Shown: positions 9,168 through 18,027 of the stretch, one piece after another | How positions within the stretch are numbered: position 1 is the stretch's first letter | Layout of the letters: the number at the start of each line of letters is the position of its first letter | Position numbers and translations under genes: made by a program | From: a virus | Lineage: Duplodnaviria; Caudoviricetes | Reading direction: 5' to 3' (one strand) | DNA length: 64,000 nt | IMG/VR virus record: IMGVR_UViG_3300034151_000114 | Location: 7,634 to 71,633 of that record | Notes under the pieces: model-generated | The model's database searches: none | The model's input: the letters and a program-made list of their open reading frames with translations, nothing else | Told to the model about the DNA's origin: nothing

Positions 9168-9415
9168 GCGTTCTCCTCGATCAACTTCAGCGCTGCTTCG
9201 CTGAGGCGCAGGCCGCGCCCCACCACCTTGCCTCCGATCCGGGGCCTCACGATCAGGCCCTCGGTCTCCATCTGGTCGATGATCTGGTAGGCCCGAGCCC
9301 GGCTCACCTTGATCTTCGCTGCGATCTCGTCGCCCGTGGGGGCGAACCCGTTCCGCTCCTCGTACCCGTCGATGAAGCGCAACACCTGGGCGCTCCGCTT
9401 GGTGTACCGCCTCAT
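9164..9415 (-). CDS. LexA-type winged-HTH DNA-binding protein (no peptidase domain)
   Basis: TKRSAQVLRFI...EERNGFAPT..EIA......RA.AY..I..ME..GLI.R. Confidence 0.8.
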   Translation of the reverse strand: MRRYTKRSAQVLRFIDGYEERNGFAPTGDEIAAKIKVSRARAYQIIDQMETEGLIVRPRIGGKVVGRGLRLSEAALKLIEENA

Positions 9416-9816
9416 GTCAGCTCCAGTCGTAGTCGCATGTTCATCTGTCGGCAGCGCGTGACCGTGAACGTCGGGTCTCGCAGCTCGATCCAGTCGGTCG
9501 AATCGTCGACGAAGATCCCAGCCATCACCAGCCCGTCGATGAACCACTTGCACACCGTCGAGCTGTAGTTGTGCCCGTCCCGTCTGCGGTAGGACTTCAT
9601 GTCGAAGTCGAATTGCAGGATCGCCCTGCGCTCAAGGGGGGTCGAGATCCCGCTGCGGCCCAGGACCCACTTGAGTCCACCAGCGTGCCAGAACCCGGCG
9701 TCCCTCCACGGGCTACGGATCCGGGCGACGCTCATCGGGTGCACGCCGGAGATCTCGTTGATCGACCAGACCTTGGCCGGTTGAGGGAGGGCGACCACCT
9801 GCACCACCGCGTTCAC
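9412..9816 (-). CDS. rusA: RusA-like Holliday junction resolvase
   Basis: RRRDGHNY...CKWFIDGLVMAGIFVDDS matches the RusA D..N..K...D.L...G...DD motif. Confidence 0.75.
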   Translation of the reverse strand: MNAVVQVVALPQPAKVWSINEISGVHPMSVARIRSPWRDAGFWHAGGLKWVLGRSGISTPLERRAILQFDFDMKSYRRRDGHNYSSTVCKWFIDGLVMAGIFVDDSTDWIELRDPTFTVTRCRQMNMRLRLELT

Positions 9817-10208
9817 AGCGGGTCCCTCATCACGTCGTCGGGCAGGAGCCCACGCGCCGACGCCTCCCACAGGTGCACCTCGGGAAGGTCGGGCTTCAAG
9901 AGCGCCAGCGCTGCGTACCCGGCCTCACAGCCGAACCAGGTCACAGCGTCCGGCTCGGCTCCGTACCCGACCAGGAACTGCATGTGGGTGTCGGTGACGG
10001 CCACCGTGCGCCCGGCGATCGGCCCGATGTGGAACTTCAACCACCAGGCGCACGCCTCGGCGAGGGTCTCGAACACGTGGAGTGCGAAGGGTTCCCTCGT
10101 GTCGGTGGCGACGGCGAGCACGGCGTAGGGCCCGACCGGGTCATAGCCCCACGGCGGCTGGGCAGGCTTCTGGATGGCCGGGTCGAACTTGGGCTCACGT
10201 CTTCGCAT
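9813..10208 (-). CDS. hypothetical protein
   Basis: Coupled ORF. Confidence 0.6.
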   Translation of the reverse strand: MRRREPKFDPAIQKPAQPPWGYDPVGPYAVLAVATDTREPFALHVFETLAEACAWWLKFHIGPIAGRTVAVTDTHMQFLVGYGAEPDAVTWFGCEAGYAALALLKPDLPEVHLWEASARGLLPDDVMRDPL

Positions 10209-10707
10209 CGCTCGCCTCCACGTCGTACACGTTCACCGTGCGCCCGGTGGCCACTTCGGTCACCAGGTTCTCCGCCTCGGGGTCACCGACCCCGAGGACC
10301 TTGCGCAGCATGGACACCTTGGCCTCGGACGAATCGGAGAGGTAGATCTGGATGAACTGGTGCAGCGCGCCCGCCACGGCCTCGTCGACCGTGCGGATCT
10401 CGCCGGTCGTCCGGTCCACCTTCGCCTGGTCGGCGACCATCTTGGCGATCCGGTAGTGACCCCAGCGCTTGGCGTACTTGGTGGCCGGGACGTAGCGGCG
10501 TTCCCCGACGATCGTCGGCTGCTCCAGCAGGTTGAGGACCTGGGTGTCGATCATCGACTGGGCCCGCTTCAGTGCCGAGGCGAGCAGAGAGAGCGTCTCG
10601 CGCATCTGGATCGCTCGTTCCAAGGGGAGCGTGTCGCTCTCCTCGGTCAGCTCGTCGATCAGGTCCATCGTCAGGAGAAGGTCTCCCACCGTGACTTCGC
10701 GGTTCAT
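10195..10707 (-). CDS. hypothetical protein
   Basis: ATG 10707 overlaps the upstream stop. Contains D..TGE. Confidence 0.65.
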   Translation of the reverse strand: MNREVTVGDLLLTMDLIDELTEESDTLPLERAIQMRETLSLLASALKRAQSMIDTQVLNLLEQPTIVGERRYVPATKYAKRWGHYRIAKMVADQAKVDRTTGEIRTVDEAVAGALHQFIQIYLSDSSEAKVSMLRKVLGVGDPEAENLVTEVATGRTVNVYDVEASDAKT

Positions 10708-10970
10708 GCGAACCTCGCAATCTCTTCGGGGGCGAAGCGGAGCCTGCGGCGGCACCGGCCGCACTCCTCGACGCACCCGTCGATCGACGGGTGCGGGTTC
10801 AGGCAGTCGCACAGCCACGGGGCGTTTCTGATCTTCTCGATCCGGGTCGGCCACTCCTCCAGCTCGCCGTGCTGTATCGCCTGGTTGTAGCAGGCGGTGC
10901 ACAGGCCCCGTCCGTGGATCTTCCGCCACTTGATGCACCCGGCACACCAGGTGGTGGTGGTGGTGCCCAT
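10704..10970 (-). CDS. Cys-rich zinc-binding protein
   Basis: CAGC...GRGLCTACY...CDC...CGRC. Confidence 0.6.
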   Translation of the reverse strand: MGTTTTTWCAGCIKWRKIHGRGLCTACYNQAIQHGELEEWPTRIEKIRNAPWLCDCLNPHPSIDGCVEECGRCRRRLRFAPEEIARFA

Positions 10971-11296
10971 CAGCCCACGCTCCAGGTCTGGTCCGGGTGC
11001 ATGATGACGGTCCGTCCCGTGTTCGCAGGCGAGTTGGCGTTGGTCCACAAGCCGCGTTCGCCGTCGGTCCCGGTCTGGAGATGGAACTCGTAGAGGATCA
11101 GGTCGTTCTCCAGGACCGGAGGGTCGGCCGGGAGCAGCCCGGCGACGATGCCGAGGGCCAACGAGATCTCGGTCGGCTGCCCGTTCTCGATTCCCAGGAT
11201 GTTCTGGGTTCCGACCGCCGTGACGAGGATCGAGCGGGTCCCGGCGGCGTTCCAGAACCGGTCCCCCACCTGGGGGCTGGTTGGGTCAGACGCCAT
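10970..11296 (-). CDS. hypothetical protein
   Basis: Coupled ORF. Confidence 0.6.
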   Translation of the reverse strand: MASDPTSPQVGDRFWNAAGTRSILVTAVGTQNILGIENGQPTEISLALGIVAGLLPADPPVLENDLILYEFHLQTGTDGERGLWTNANSPANTGRTVIMHPDQTWSVG

Positions 11297-11302
11297 GGTG
11301 CC

Positions 11303-11965
11303 TCACAGGGTGGGAGGCAGCCCGGGCGAAGTCGATCGCGGCCCGGACGAGGGCGGCGAGGTACTGGGCGGCGTTGGCGTCGTGGCGGGCACTGTCGACG
11401 TCGTGCTCGTGGATGGTCCAGGGACCGCGGTCGAGGTTGGCGTAGTCGAGGGCGGCACGCTTGAGGTCGTCGTCGGCCCGGTGGAGGGCGGCGGCGTGAC
11501 GCTCGTGCTCGTGGTACTCACAGAGCCAGGCGTCGTGGTCTCGGGCACGGTCGTCTCGATGGCCGTCGTAGTCGGGTTGGTGGTCTCTACGACCGTAGAA
11601 GGCGGGGTGGTTGTCTGCGGTGTCGATGTCGTCACCTCCGTAGTTGGGTTGCACGGCTCCTGGAACCCAGAGACCGTGTTGGGGTTGATGTCAGGATTCG
11701 TCGTCGAGACCGTCCAGGCGTGCCCTGCGCTGGATGACCAGGGGAATGACTGCGAGCCGTTCCCGGTCGCTGCGATGTTGGTCGTGGAGCTGTCGATGGT
11801 GACGGCGATGTTCTCGGGGCTCTGCCCGAAGTCGGTCCAGGCGACCGACAGGCCGTCGCATCCCGGATCGATGCTCCAGTTGTGAGCCTCGGCCGAGAAG
11901 GACCATAGGAACGACGCCACCGCTGCGGTGACGAGGGCTCCGATGACGACCATTGCACGCTTCAT
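11303..11965 (-). CDS. exported Ser/Thr/Pro-rich protein
   Basis: Signal peptide MKRAMVVIGALVTAAVASFLWSFSAEA, a small two-Cys domain, a mucin-like stalk, and the end GLPPTL. Confidence 0.75.
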   Translation of the reverse strand: MKRAMVVIGALVTAAVASFLWSFSAEAHNWSIDPGCDGLSVAWTDFGQSPENIAVTIDSSTTNIAATGNGSQSFPWSSSAGHAWTVSTTNPDINPNTVSGFQEPCNPTTEVTTSTPQTTTPPSTVVETTNPTTTAIETTVPETTTPGSVSTTSTSVTPPPSTGPTTTSSVPPSTTPTSTAVPGPSTSTTSTVPATTPTPPSTSPPSSGPRSTSPGLPPTL

Positions 11966-12062
11966 GTTTCTCCCTCTGGGTTTGGGTTGGACAGCAGTCT
12001 AGACATGGTTGCTGTTCGAGTGTGGGGGGTACGAATAGAATCGGCCACCGAAAGGAGCAGCC

Positions 12063-12278
12063 ATGAGCGATGATCTGACCAAGGACGAGCTGAAGGAGCA
12101 GGCCCGCGAAGCCGGACTCCCCATCTCGGGGACCAAGGACGAGCTGAAGGAACGCCTGGCCGAGGCGGACGCCCCGGAGGCCCCGGCGATCGGCACGGCC
12201 GTCAAGTCCCCCGCCTCGATCGAGGCCGAGCGGATGGGGCGGGAGGTCTACGAGAACGGCCCGATCCAGTACAGCTAG
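12063..12278 (+). CDS. SAP-domain protein
   Basis: LTKDELKEQAREAGLPISGTKDELKERL. SD aaaggag upstream. Confidence 0.8.
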   Translation: MSDDLTKDELKEQAREAGLPISGTKDELKERLAEADAPEAPAIGTAVKSPASIEAERMGREVYENGPIQYS

Positions 12279-12466
12279 TCATCTGGTGCCTGACTCGTAA
12301 TATGCCAATCGGCGCAGAAGGGGCACTGGTAGGCCCGCACCGGTAGCTTGTCCCGCTCGCTGGTGCGGTTGAACTCGACGATCACCCGCTTCGCCGAGGT
12401 CTCGTCGTGGAAGCGCGTCTTGCCGGTCCGGCAGGTCCGCTTCGAGACGGCAATAAAGCGTCGCAT
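12275..12466 (-). CDS. small zinc-binding phage protein
   Basis: CRTGK.RF...A......PVRAYQCPFCADWHITS. Confidence 0.65.
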   Translation of the reverse strand: MRRFIAVSKRTCRTGKTRFHDETSAKRVIVEFNRTSERDKLPVRAYQCPFCADWHITSQAPDD

Positions 12467-12467
12467 C

Positions 12468-12800
12468 TCACGGCCGGTCCAGCACGGCCTGGGGCTCGGA
12501 GACCACCAGCAGCCAGCCGCCGTAGATGGCGTTGTAGGCGGTGATCTTGACCCCGAGCTTCTCGGTCAACTGGTCCGCCATCGCGTAGGCCCGGTCGGCC
12601 TTCGCCTGCCGAGCCTCGTCCGCCGCCCGTGACTCAGAGCGGCGCTTCTCCCGCTTGGCCTGGATCTTGGAGGGGGCGTGGAGGTGGCACCACCACCTGT
12701 CCTCCTCGAAGAACTTGGCGTTGTTCTGGCAGCGGTAGCCGAGTATCGACCGGCCGCCACTCCAGACGGTGGCGGCGCAGTCGTGTTGTTCGACGGGCAT
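12468..12800 (-). CDS. hypothetical protein
   Basis: Coupled to the ssb stop. C...C...WCHLH. Confidence 0.6.
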   Translation of the reverse strand: MPVEQHDCAATVWSGGRSILGYRCQNNAKFFEEDRWWCHLHAPSKIQAKREKRRSESRAADEARQAKADRAYAMADQLTEKLGVKITAYNAIYGGWLLVVSEPQAVLDRP

Positions 12801-13222
12801 CAGAACGGCTCCTCGTCTCCGTAGGCCGGGGGCGCAGCAGCGGCCTCAGTGCGGGTCGGCGCCTTCTCGCGCTCGGTCTTGGCGATCGTGGCCTGGGCCC
12901 AGCGCAGAGACGGCCCGATCTCGTCGGCGACGATCTCCACGACCGACCGCTTCTCGCCCTCGTTCGTCTCCCATGAGCGCTGTTCGAGCCTGCCGGTCAC
13001 GATCACCCGGTCCCCCTTGTTGAGGGAGGCTGCGATGTTCTCGCCCAGGTCGGCCCAGGCGGTCACGTTGAAGAACGACGTGGCCTCCTGCCACTCGTCG
13101 TTCTGGCCCTTCCACCGCCGGTTCACGGCGATGCCGAAGGTGGAGACGGCCCGACCTCCCGACGTGTACTTCAGCTCGGGGTCTCTGGTCAGGTTGCCCA
13201 CGCAAGTGACAGTGCTATCCAT
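12800..13222 (-). CDS. ssb: single-stranded DNA-binding protein
   Basis: VGNLTRDPELKYT..G.AV..F.IAVNRRW...TSFFNV.AW...EN...SL.KGDRVIV.GRL.QRSWET..GEKRS.VE..ADEIGPSL, acidic EEPF tail. Confidence 0.97.
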   Translation of the reverse strand: MDSTVTCVGNLTRDPELKYTSGGRAVSTFGIAVNRRWKGQNDEWQEATSFFNVTAWADLGENIAASLNKGDRVIVTGRLEQRSWETNEGEKRSVVEIVADEIGPSLRWAQATIAKTEREKAPTRTEAAAAPPAYGDEEPF

Positions 13223-13658
13223 GTTGGTCCTCCTGGACTACTCGGTGAAGGTTGATTGAGATCCCCGGCCTGTCCTCATGGCCCGGGGTGATCAGGACGG
13301 CGACGACGCCGCCCTGCCAGCGGGCCCCGGCGTCAAGCTCGGGGGCGAGGCGCGCCGCCATCGCTGTGGGCAGCCAGCCGACCATCGCCGACTCCCCGAG
13401 AGCCGGGACGTGGATCTCGCAGGCGTTCGGGTCCATCTCATTGTCGGGGTTGCGGACGACGATCACCGACAGGGGCTCATCGAGTGAGGCCGCCTGCTCG
13501 GCGGAGAAGTGCAGCATCATGAGGTTCTGCGGGTAGGTCGGCGTGTGGGTCACCCCGACCACCTTCACCTCGAACGGCGAGACGAGCGGCGTGACGCCCA
13601 GACGTGATATCCGGTCCAGTTCGTTGCGTCGCGTGCGTTGAGAGGGAAGCTCGCTCAT
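13215..13658 (-). CDS. stand-alone HIRAN-domain protein
   Basis: KVVGVTH...VVRNPDNEMDPNACEIH...VGWLP..MAARLAP.LDAG. Confidence 0.8.
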   Translation of the reverse strand: MSELPSQRTRRNELDRISRLGVTPLVSPFEVKVVGVTHTPTYPQNLMMLHFSAEQAASLDEPLSVIVVRNPDNEMDPNACEIHVPALGESAMVGWLPTAMAARLAPELDAGARWQGGVVAVLITPGHEDRPGISINLHRVVQEDQHG

Positions 13659-13676
13659 GACTCCGGCTCCCAGCCC

Positions 13677-13958
13677 TCAGGAGTTCCCCTCCAGTAGCTG
13701 GTGCTCCTCGATCCGTTTCAGGTCGATGTGGTTGGACCACCCGACATGGCCGCAGGAGCACTTGTACTCGCGCGCCACAGTGTCCGAGCGGATCCCGAGC
13801 GCCGTCCCTTTCGACGGTCTGTACCGGCGCTTACGCCCGGTCAAGGTGATCCTGTGGTAGTTGCGAACCCGCGGCAGGTAGTCGTACGTCCCCGGGCTGT
13901 GTCGTAGCCGGTAGCACATGAACCAGACCGGCGAACCCGGGCCAGCGGACCAGCTCAT
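13677..13958 (-). CDS. hypothetical protein
   Basis: TGATG coupling. CSCGH motif. Confidence 0.55.
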   Translation of the reverse strand: MSWSAGPGSPVWFMCYRLRHSPGTYDYLPRVRNYHRITLTGRKRRYRPSKGTALGIRSDTVAREYKCSCGHVGWSNHIDLKRIEEHQLLEGNS

Positions 13959-14707
13959 CAGAAGGACCACTCTGCCGTGAAGGTGAGTACGGCATCGCGG
14001 TTCTCGGGGGTGGGGGGCCACAGCTTGGCTGCAGCGAGGTCCCGCACCAGGGCGACCTTGGTCTTGTTGTCCCAGTCCTTGGTCGCCTCGTTGAAGGCGT
14101 CCATCTCGGGACGCGAGATGCCCCCGGGGCCAGCGGGCGGGCTGGACCCCGGGGGCCGGGGAGCCGACGAGGGGGATCGTGGCTCACCCGCTTCACCACC
14201 AGAGGGGGACTGCGGTGGCGAAGAGGTCTTGCGGTCCGGAAGGACCTCGAAGTGCATGAGTACGGCAGCTTGGCGCCCGGCGTTCTCGCCAGAGCGGATC
14301 TCCTCGAACGCCTTCCAGCAGAGCAGGGTACTGCCCGGCGCCACCTGGGCCAGGCGCTCGTGGATCAGCTTGCCCGGTGGGGTGTCGGTGCGCTCGGTGC
14401 GCAGCCGCTGGATCCCGTCCGGGTGGTCCTTGTCCCGGGGGTGCTCCAGCTTCACGACCAGGCGTGTGCTCGACTCCTCCAGTTCGTTGCCGAAGTAGAC
14501 GGCGGTGAACACGACGGCGTCGACCATGGCGAGAGCCCGGCGCATCTGGTTCGAGCGGGCTCCGAACATCGCCCCCACCTCGGGGATCAAGACGTTCACC
14601 CGTCCCCGCCAAGCGACGCTCGAATCCATCTTCCCGGCTGCGGCGACAGCCGCCGCCAGGATCAGGCGAGCCTCGCTCAGTCGGTCGGCTGTCGGTTCCT
14701 CAGCCAT
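13958..14707 (-). CDS. hypothetical protein with Pro/Ser linker
   Basis: 249-aa ORF, coupled to its neighbours. Confidence 0.7.
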   Translation of the reverse strand: MAEEPTADRLSEARLILAAAVAAAGKMDSSVAWRGRVNVLIPEVGAMFGARSNQMRRALAMVDAVVFTAVYFGNELEESSTRLVVKLEHPRDKDHPDGIQRLRTERTDTPPGKLIHERLAQVAPGSTLLCWKAFEEIRSGENAGRQAAVLMHFEVLPDRKTSSPPQSPSGGEAGEPRSPSSAPRPPGSSPPAGPGGISRPEMDAFNEATKDWDNKTKVALVRDLAAAKLWPPTPENRDAVLTFTAEWSF

Positions 14708-15017
14708 AGAGCGCCTCGTTCCAGACTTCTTGGAGTGCTGCCGGGTCCGTCAGGATCAGCCCGAACATCGGGTGGTGGTGGTGTATCTCGACGAGGTCGT
14801 CGTCGGGACGGAACCGCAGCTCGATCTCGCCGCGGGCAGCCAGCTCCCGGAGCTGCTGGACGGTGACCGTCTCCCAGACCCGGGGCTTCAGCGCCTCGGC
14901 CATCTCCTGGTTGCAGATCCAGGCCATCAAGGCGTCGTCGGTGGCCCGCTCGATGGTCCAGCCCTTGAGTTCGAGCTGCTTCATCAGCCGCTCGTACATC
15001 GGGTGGTCTTCGTTCAT
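14700..15017 (-). CDS. hypothetical protein
   Basis: ATG overlaps the upstream TGA. Confidence 0.6.
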   Translation of the reverse strand: MNEDHPMYERLMKQLELKGWTIERATDDALMAWICNQEMAEALKPRVWETVTVQQLRELAARGEIELRFRPDDDLVEIHHHHPMFGLILTDPAALQEVWNEALYG

Positions 15018-15358
15018 TCGCTCCACTCCCTCCACAGCTCGACACACAAGGTGGTCCACCCGGCGTCGAGCGTCCAGATCATCGGGGCCTCGTCCGAGGA
15101 GTTGATCCAGTCACCCAACGCCACTGAGTTGAGGTCCTCGATCAGCTTGCCGAGCCTGTCTAGCCCGGCCTGGTCGAACTTGGTCAGGTGCGTCTGGCTC
15201 TTGCGCAGCCACTTGATGGCATGCTTCTGCGCTGCCAGCCCCGGCTCTTTCACGGCCCCCTTGACGGGGTACTTCGGGTCCTTGGCGACGAAGGACGTCG
15301 CCGGGTACGCCCCGATCGAGCCGGGCGTCCCGCAGCGGACCATGTACTTCCAGGTCAT
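15014..15358 (-). CDS. hypothetical protein
   Basis: Coupled ATG. Confidence 0.6.
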   Translation of the reverse strand: MTWKYMVRCGTPGSIGAYPATSFVAKDPKYPVKGAVKEPGLAAQKHAIKWLRKSQTHLTKFDQAGLDRLGKLIEDLNSVALGDWINSSDEAPMIWTLDAGWTTLCVELWREWSE

Positions 15359-15603
15359 GTCTCGCTCCGGCGGGCGAGTTCCGCCTCGGCCGCGAGTGCT
15401 CGTCGGCGGTAGTTGTCGAGAACCAACTCGGTCAGGGCGCAGTCGCGTCCCTTGTCGTGGGACATTAGCTCGTAGGCGTCGAGGACTATCGACAGCTCGC
15501 TCGTCTCGACGGTGACGAAGCGGCACCCGGTGACCCGTCCGGACAGGGCGGTCATCCGCAGGTGCTCGATCGCCATGTCGAGGGGGCGAGGGTCACTGGG
15601 CAT
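15355..15603 (-). CDS. hypothetical protein
   Basis: Coupled ORF. Confidence 0.5.
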   Translation of the reverse strand: MPSDPRPLDMAIEHLRMTALSGRVTGCRFVTVETSELSIVLDAYELMSHDKGRDCALTELVLDNYRRRALAAEAELARRSET

Positions 15604-16177
15604 CGGCGGGCACCTCCACGACGATCGGGAGCCCGTGCTCGTCGACGGCCTCAAGGGCTGCCTGAGTGGGCGTCCAGACTATGGCGTTGCGCCCGCTCGA
15701 CGTCTTGCGGCGCTCGCCCGAATCAACCAGCCACCCCGTGTCGCGCAGCTCGTTCACCCGCGGTGAGATCGACTGGTGCTTGCGCTCCAGCGCCTCTTCG
15801 ACCTCCTCGGTGGTGAGCCCGTCGTTCTCGACCGGGTAGTTGGTGCCGCGGTACACGTTCATGCGCTCTTGCAGACGGCGGCTGCGCCGCCAGGCGAAGT
15901 AGATCTTGGCGAACACGGCCCCGGCGTCGGTGAGGGCGAACTGCTTCATGTACTCACCGGCCTCGTGGCTCGTGTCCGGGGCGTGGATCGACGTCCGGGT
16001 CTTGGACGGAGCGGCCAGCCCGTGCTTGGCGTACTCGTCAACCGCTATGGCGAGCTGAGAGCGGGCCACCACCATCGACCCGACGCCGTTCTGCGCTCTC
16101 CGGAACTCGACGATGTACCGCACGGCGGCGTCGATGACCGCCATCTCTAGGTCGCGTCGCTTGGATCGTTCGCTCAC
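15593..16177 (-). CDS. winged-HTH DNA-binding protein
   Basis: GLTTEEVEEAL....QSISPRVNELRDTGWLVDSGERRKTSSGRNAIVW. Confidence 0.75.
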   Translation of the reverse strand: MSERSKRRDLEMAVIDAAVRYIVEFRRAQNGVGSMVVARSQLAIAVDEYAKHGLAAPSKTRTSIHAPDTSHEAGEYMKQFALTDAGAVFAKIYFAWRRSRRLQERMNVYRGTNYPVENDGLTTEEVEEALERKHQSISPRVNELRDTGWLVDSGERRKTSSGRNAIVWTPTQAALEAVDEHGLPIVVEVPADAQ

Positions 16178-16341
16178 TTCTTCTCCTTCTTCGAGCCGCC
16201 GTGTTTGCGGCCGGGGTTCGGTCGGTCGGGGTTCTCGCGGCGGAGCTGCTTGACTTGGGCCAGCGTGACCCGCTGGCTGGGTGTGGCGACCTTGCCGCCG
16301 CACTTCTCGCACGTGTAGCTGGTGGCGGTCTTGAGACCCAT
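16174..16341 (-). CDS. 55-aa basic CxxC protein (not in the ORF track)
   Basis: MGLKTATSYTCEKCGG...KKEKK. Overlaps both neighbours by coupling. Confidence 0.6.
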   Translation of the reverse strand: MGLKTATSYTCEKCGGKVATPSQRVTLAQVKQLRRENPDRPNPGRKHGGSKKEKK

Positions 16342-16451
16342 TATCGGTAGCCCCGCTTCCCTGCTCGGTATCCGTTGCGTTCACCGTGGGTGTAGGCAAC
16401 AAGGATGGTGGTCAACCATGCGACCACTAACGAGATGATGGGCAGGACCAT
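16341..16451 (-). CDS. 36-aa single-transmembrane peptide (not in the ORF track)
   Basis: MVLPIISLVVAWLTTILVAYTHGERNGYRAGKRGYR. SD gaaggagg upstream and TAATG coupling downstream. Confidence 0.6.
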   Translation of the reverse strand: MVLPIISLVVAWLTTILVAYTHGERNGYRAGKRGYR

Positions 16452-16490
16452 GGTTTATTCCTCCTTCCGCCGCGCCGGGCGGTCGTAGAT

Positions 16491-16499
16491 ATCATATCA
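16491..16499 (-). promoter_or_regulatory. extended -10 promoter (TGA-TATGAT) for the leftward 16.45-8.1 kb operon
   Basis: TGnTAnnnT match upstream of a strong SD, just downstream of a terminator-like hairpin. Confidence 0.55.
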
Positions 16500-16526
16500 T
16501 GCTGGACAAGCGTCCAGCCGAGGGGT

Positions 16527-16562
16527 GCGGCGGAGAGGGCCACGCACTACCCCCTCCGCCGC
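16527..16562 (-). terminator. hairpin after the DUF932 gene
   Basis: Inverted repeat gcggcggag...ctccgccgc immediately after the stop. Confidence 0.55.
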
Positions 16563-16566
16563 GGTC

Positions 16567-17739
16567 TCAGCCTGCGTAGGCTGACGGCCGGGCCGCCAGC
16601 GTCCACAGGGAATTCTCCAGCTCGTTCTGCCGGTCCGAATCCTCCGCCTGCTGAGCGATCGCTGTGATCGCCTGGCCGAGGCCGAAGACCGACGTGTCGC
16701 CCGAGCGCATGAAGGCTGTGAGCGCAAGCTCGACCTCGGACTCGGTGAGCCCGATGTCGGACTTGACCTTCTCGAACGCCTGGGTGACGTTGTTGACCTC
16801 GACGCCCTTGGAGGCACGAAGCTCGTCGACCAAGCGCTGCAGGTACTCGACCGAGCAGAAGGTTCGCGTGGCGTCTGCGATCTTGGACTGGAGCAGCTCG
16901 ACCGCCTTGCGCTGCGTCGTTGCAGACCAGGCGATAGCCCCCTCCTCCAGACGCGAGCCGACGTGGATCGCCCTGACGGCGTCCACGTTGCGGGTCAGCC
17001 CGTTACGGCAGATCAGCACGGTCCCCCGAGGGACGATCGACGCTGCTCCGTTGCCGGTCTCCGAATTGGAGACCTCCAGCCCGGCCCACACGACCGGAGG
17101 CACGTTGATCCCGTTGTGGGGAGCGTGCATCGGATCGTTCGGGTCCATGCTGAACGGCGACCTGTAGTCGCCGAGCAGGTCCGGGATGGCCAGCTCGATC
17201 TGCGGGACGGCGATGCGGAGACGGAACCGGTCGTCAGACCAGTCCGCTTCCACGTGGCAACCCTGCAGACCGATGTCGGCCTCCTGCATGCCGCGCGCTA
17301 CAGCGACGATGACGTCGAGGTTGTCGATCGCCTGGAAGCCGTCCGAGAGAACGGCCCGCAGACGCCAACCCTCGTCCGGCAGCTTGAGCAGTCGGAACAG
17401 GGTCGGCTTGCCGACGTGCCCGGCCCGCTCGTTGAAGTTGCGGACCGCCAGGTCCCCCTGGCCCTCGCTGCAGAGCTGGTCCAGGTACTTGACCGGGATG
17501 CTCAGCCGCTCGGCGTGCTGACGGAACGCAGTGCGGTTCAGCTCGACGCCGAACTCGCCCCACACTCCGTCTTCGGTGATGACGCCGCCCGGGACCCGCA
17601 GGGTCCCTCGTGGGCACTCGGTCATCTCCAGCGTCGACGCATGGCCGACCACGTCATGGGCGGCGTCGGCGATCACCTTGAGGTGACCGACGACCTTGCC
17701 CGAGTCGCGTTCGTGGCGCATGTTGGTGATGGTGTTCAT
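16567..17739 (-). CDS. DUF932-like protein
   Basis: RAVLSDGFQAIDN.D and GLEVSNSETGNG...I.P....LICRNGL. Confidence 0.7.
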   Translation of the reverse strand: MNTITNMRHERDSGKVVGHLKVIADAAHDVVGHASTLEMTECPRGTLRVPGGVITEDGVWGEFGVELNRTAFRQHAERLSIPVKYLDQLCSEGQGDLAVRNFNERAGHVGKPTLFRLLKLPDEGWRLRAVLSDGFQAIDNLDVIVAVARGMQEADIGLQGCHVEADWSDDRFRLRIAVPQIELAIPDLLGDYRSPFSMDPNDPMHAPHNGINVPPVVWAGLEVSNSETGNGAASIVPRGTVLICRNGLTRNVDAVRAIHVGSRLEEGAIAWSATTQRKAVELLQSKIADATRTFCSVEYLQRLVDELRASKGVEVNNVTQAFEKVKSDIGLTESEVELALTAFMRSGDTSVFGLGQAITAIAQQAEDSDRQNELENSLWTLAARPSAYAG

Positions 17740-17745
17740 GTTGTT

Positions 17746-18027
17746 TCACCTCCCCTCGCGTGTGTTGATGATGAGAATCTCGTTGTCCAGCGGCATGAGC
17801 ACGTAGTCGCTCACCGGCTGGGGGTCGGACGGGTCCTTGTAGCAGCCAACGATCAGATGGCCGCCCGTGGGGTCCCCGCCGAGCCGGATGTGGAAGACGC
17901 GCTCCCCTTCGACCAGCAGGACGTGGAACCCGTCGCGACTGTCAGGCTCGGTGGCCTCGAACACGACGACGTCGCTGTCGATGAGCCCGAGGGTCGTCAC
18001 CAGGTCGACCTGTTCGTCTTCGGTCAT
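17746..18027 (-). CDS. hypothetical protein
   Basis: Coupled ATG. Confidence 0.55.
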   Translation of the reverse strand: MTEDEQVDLVTTLGLIDSDVVVFEATEPDSRDGFHVLLVEGERVFHIRLGGDPTGGHLIVGCYKDPSDPQPVSDYVLMPLDNEILIINTREGR

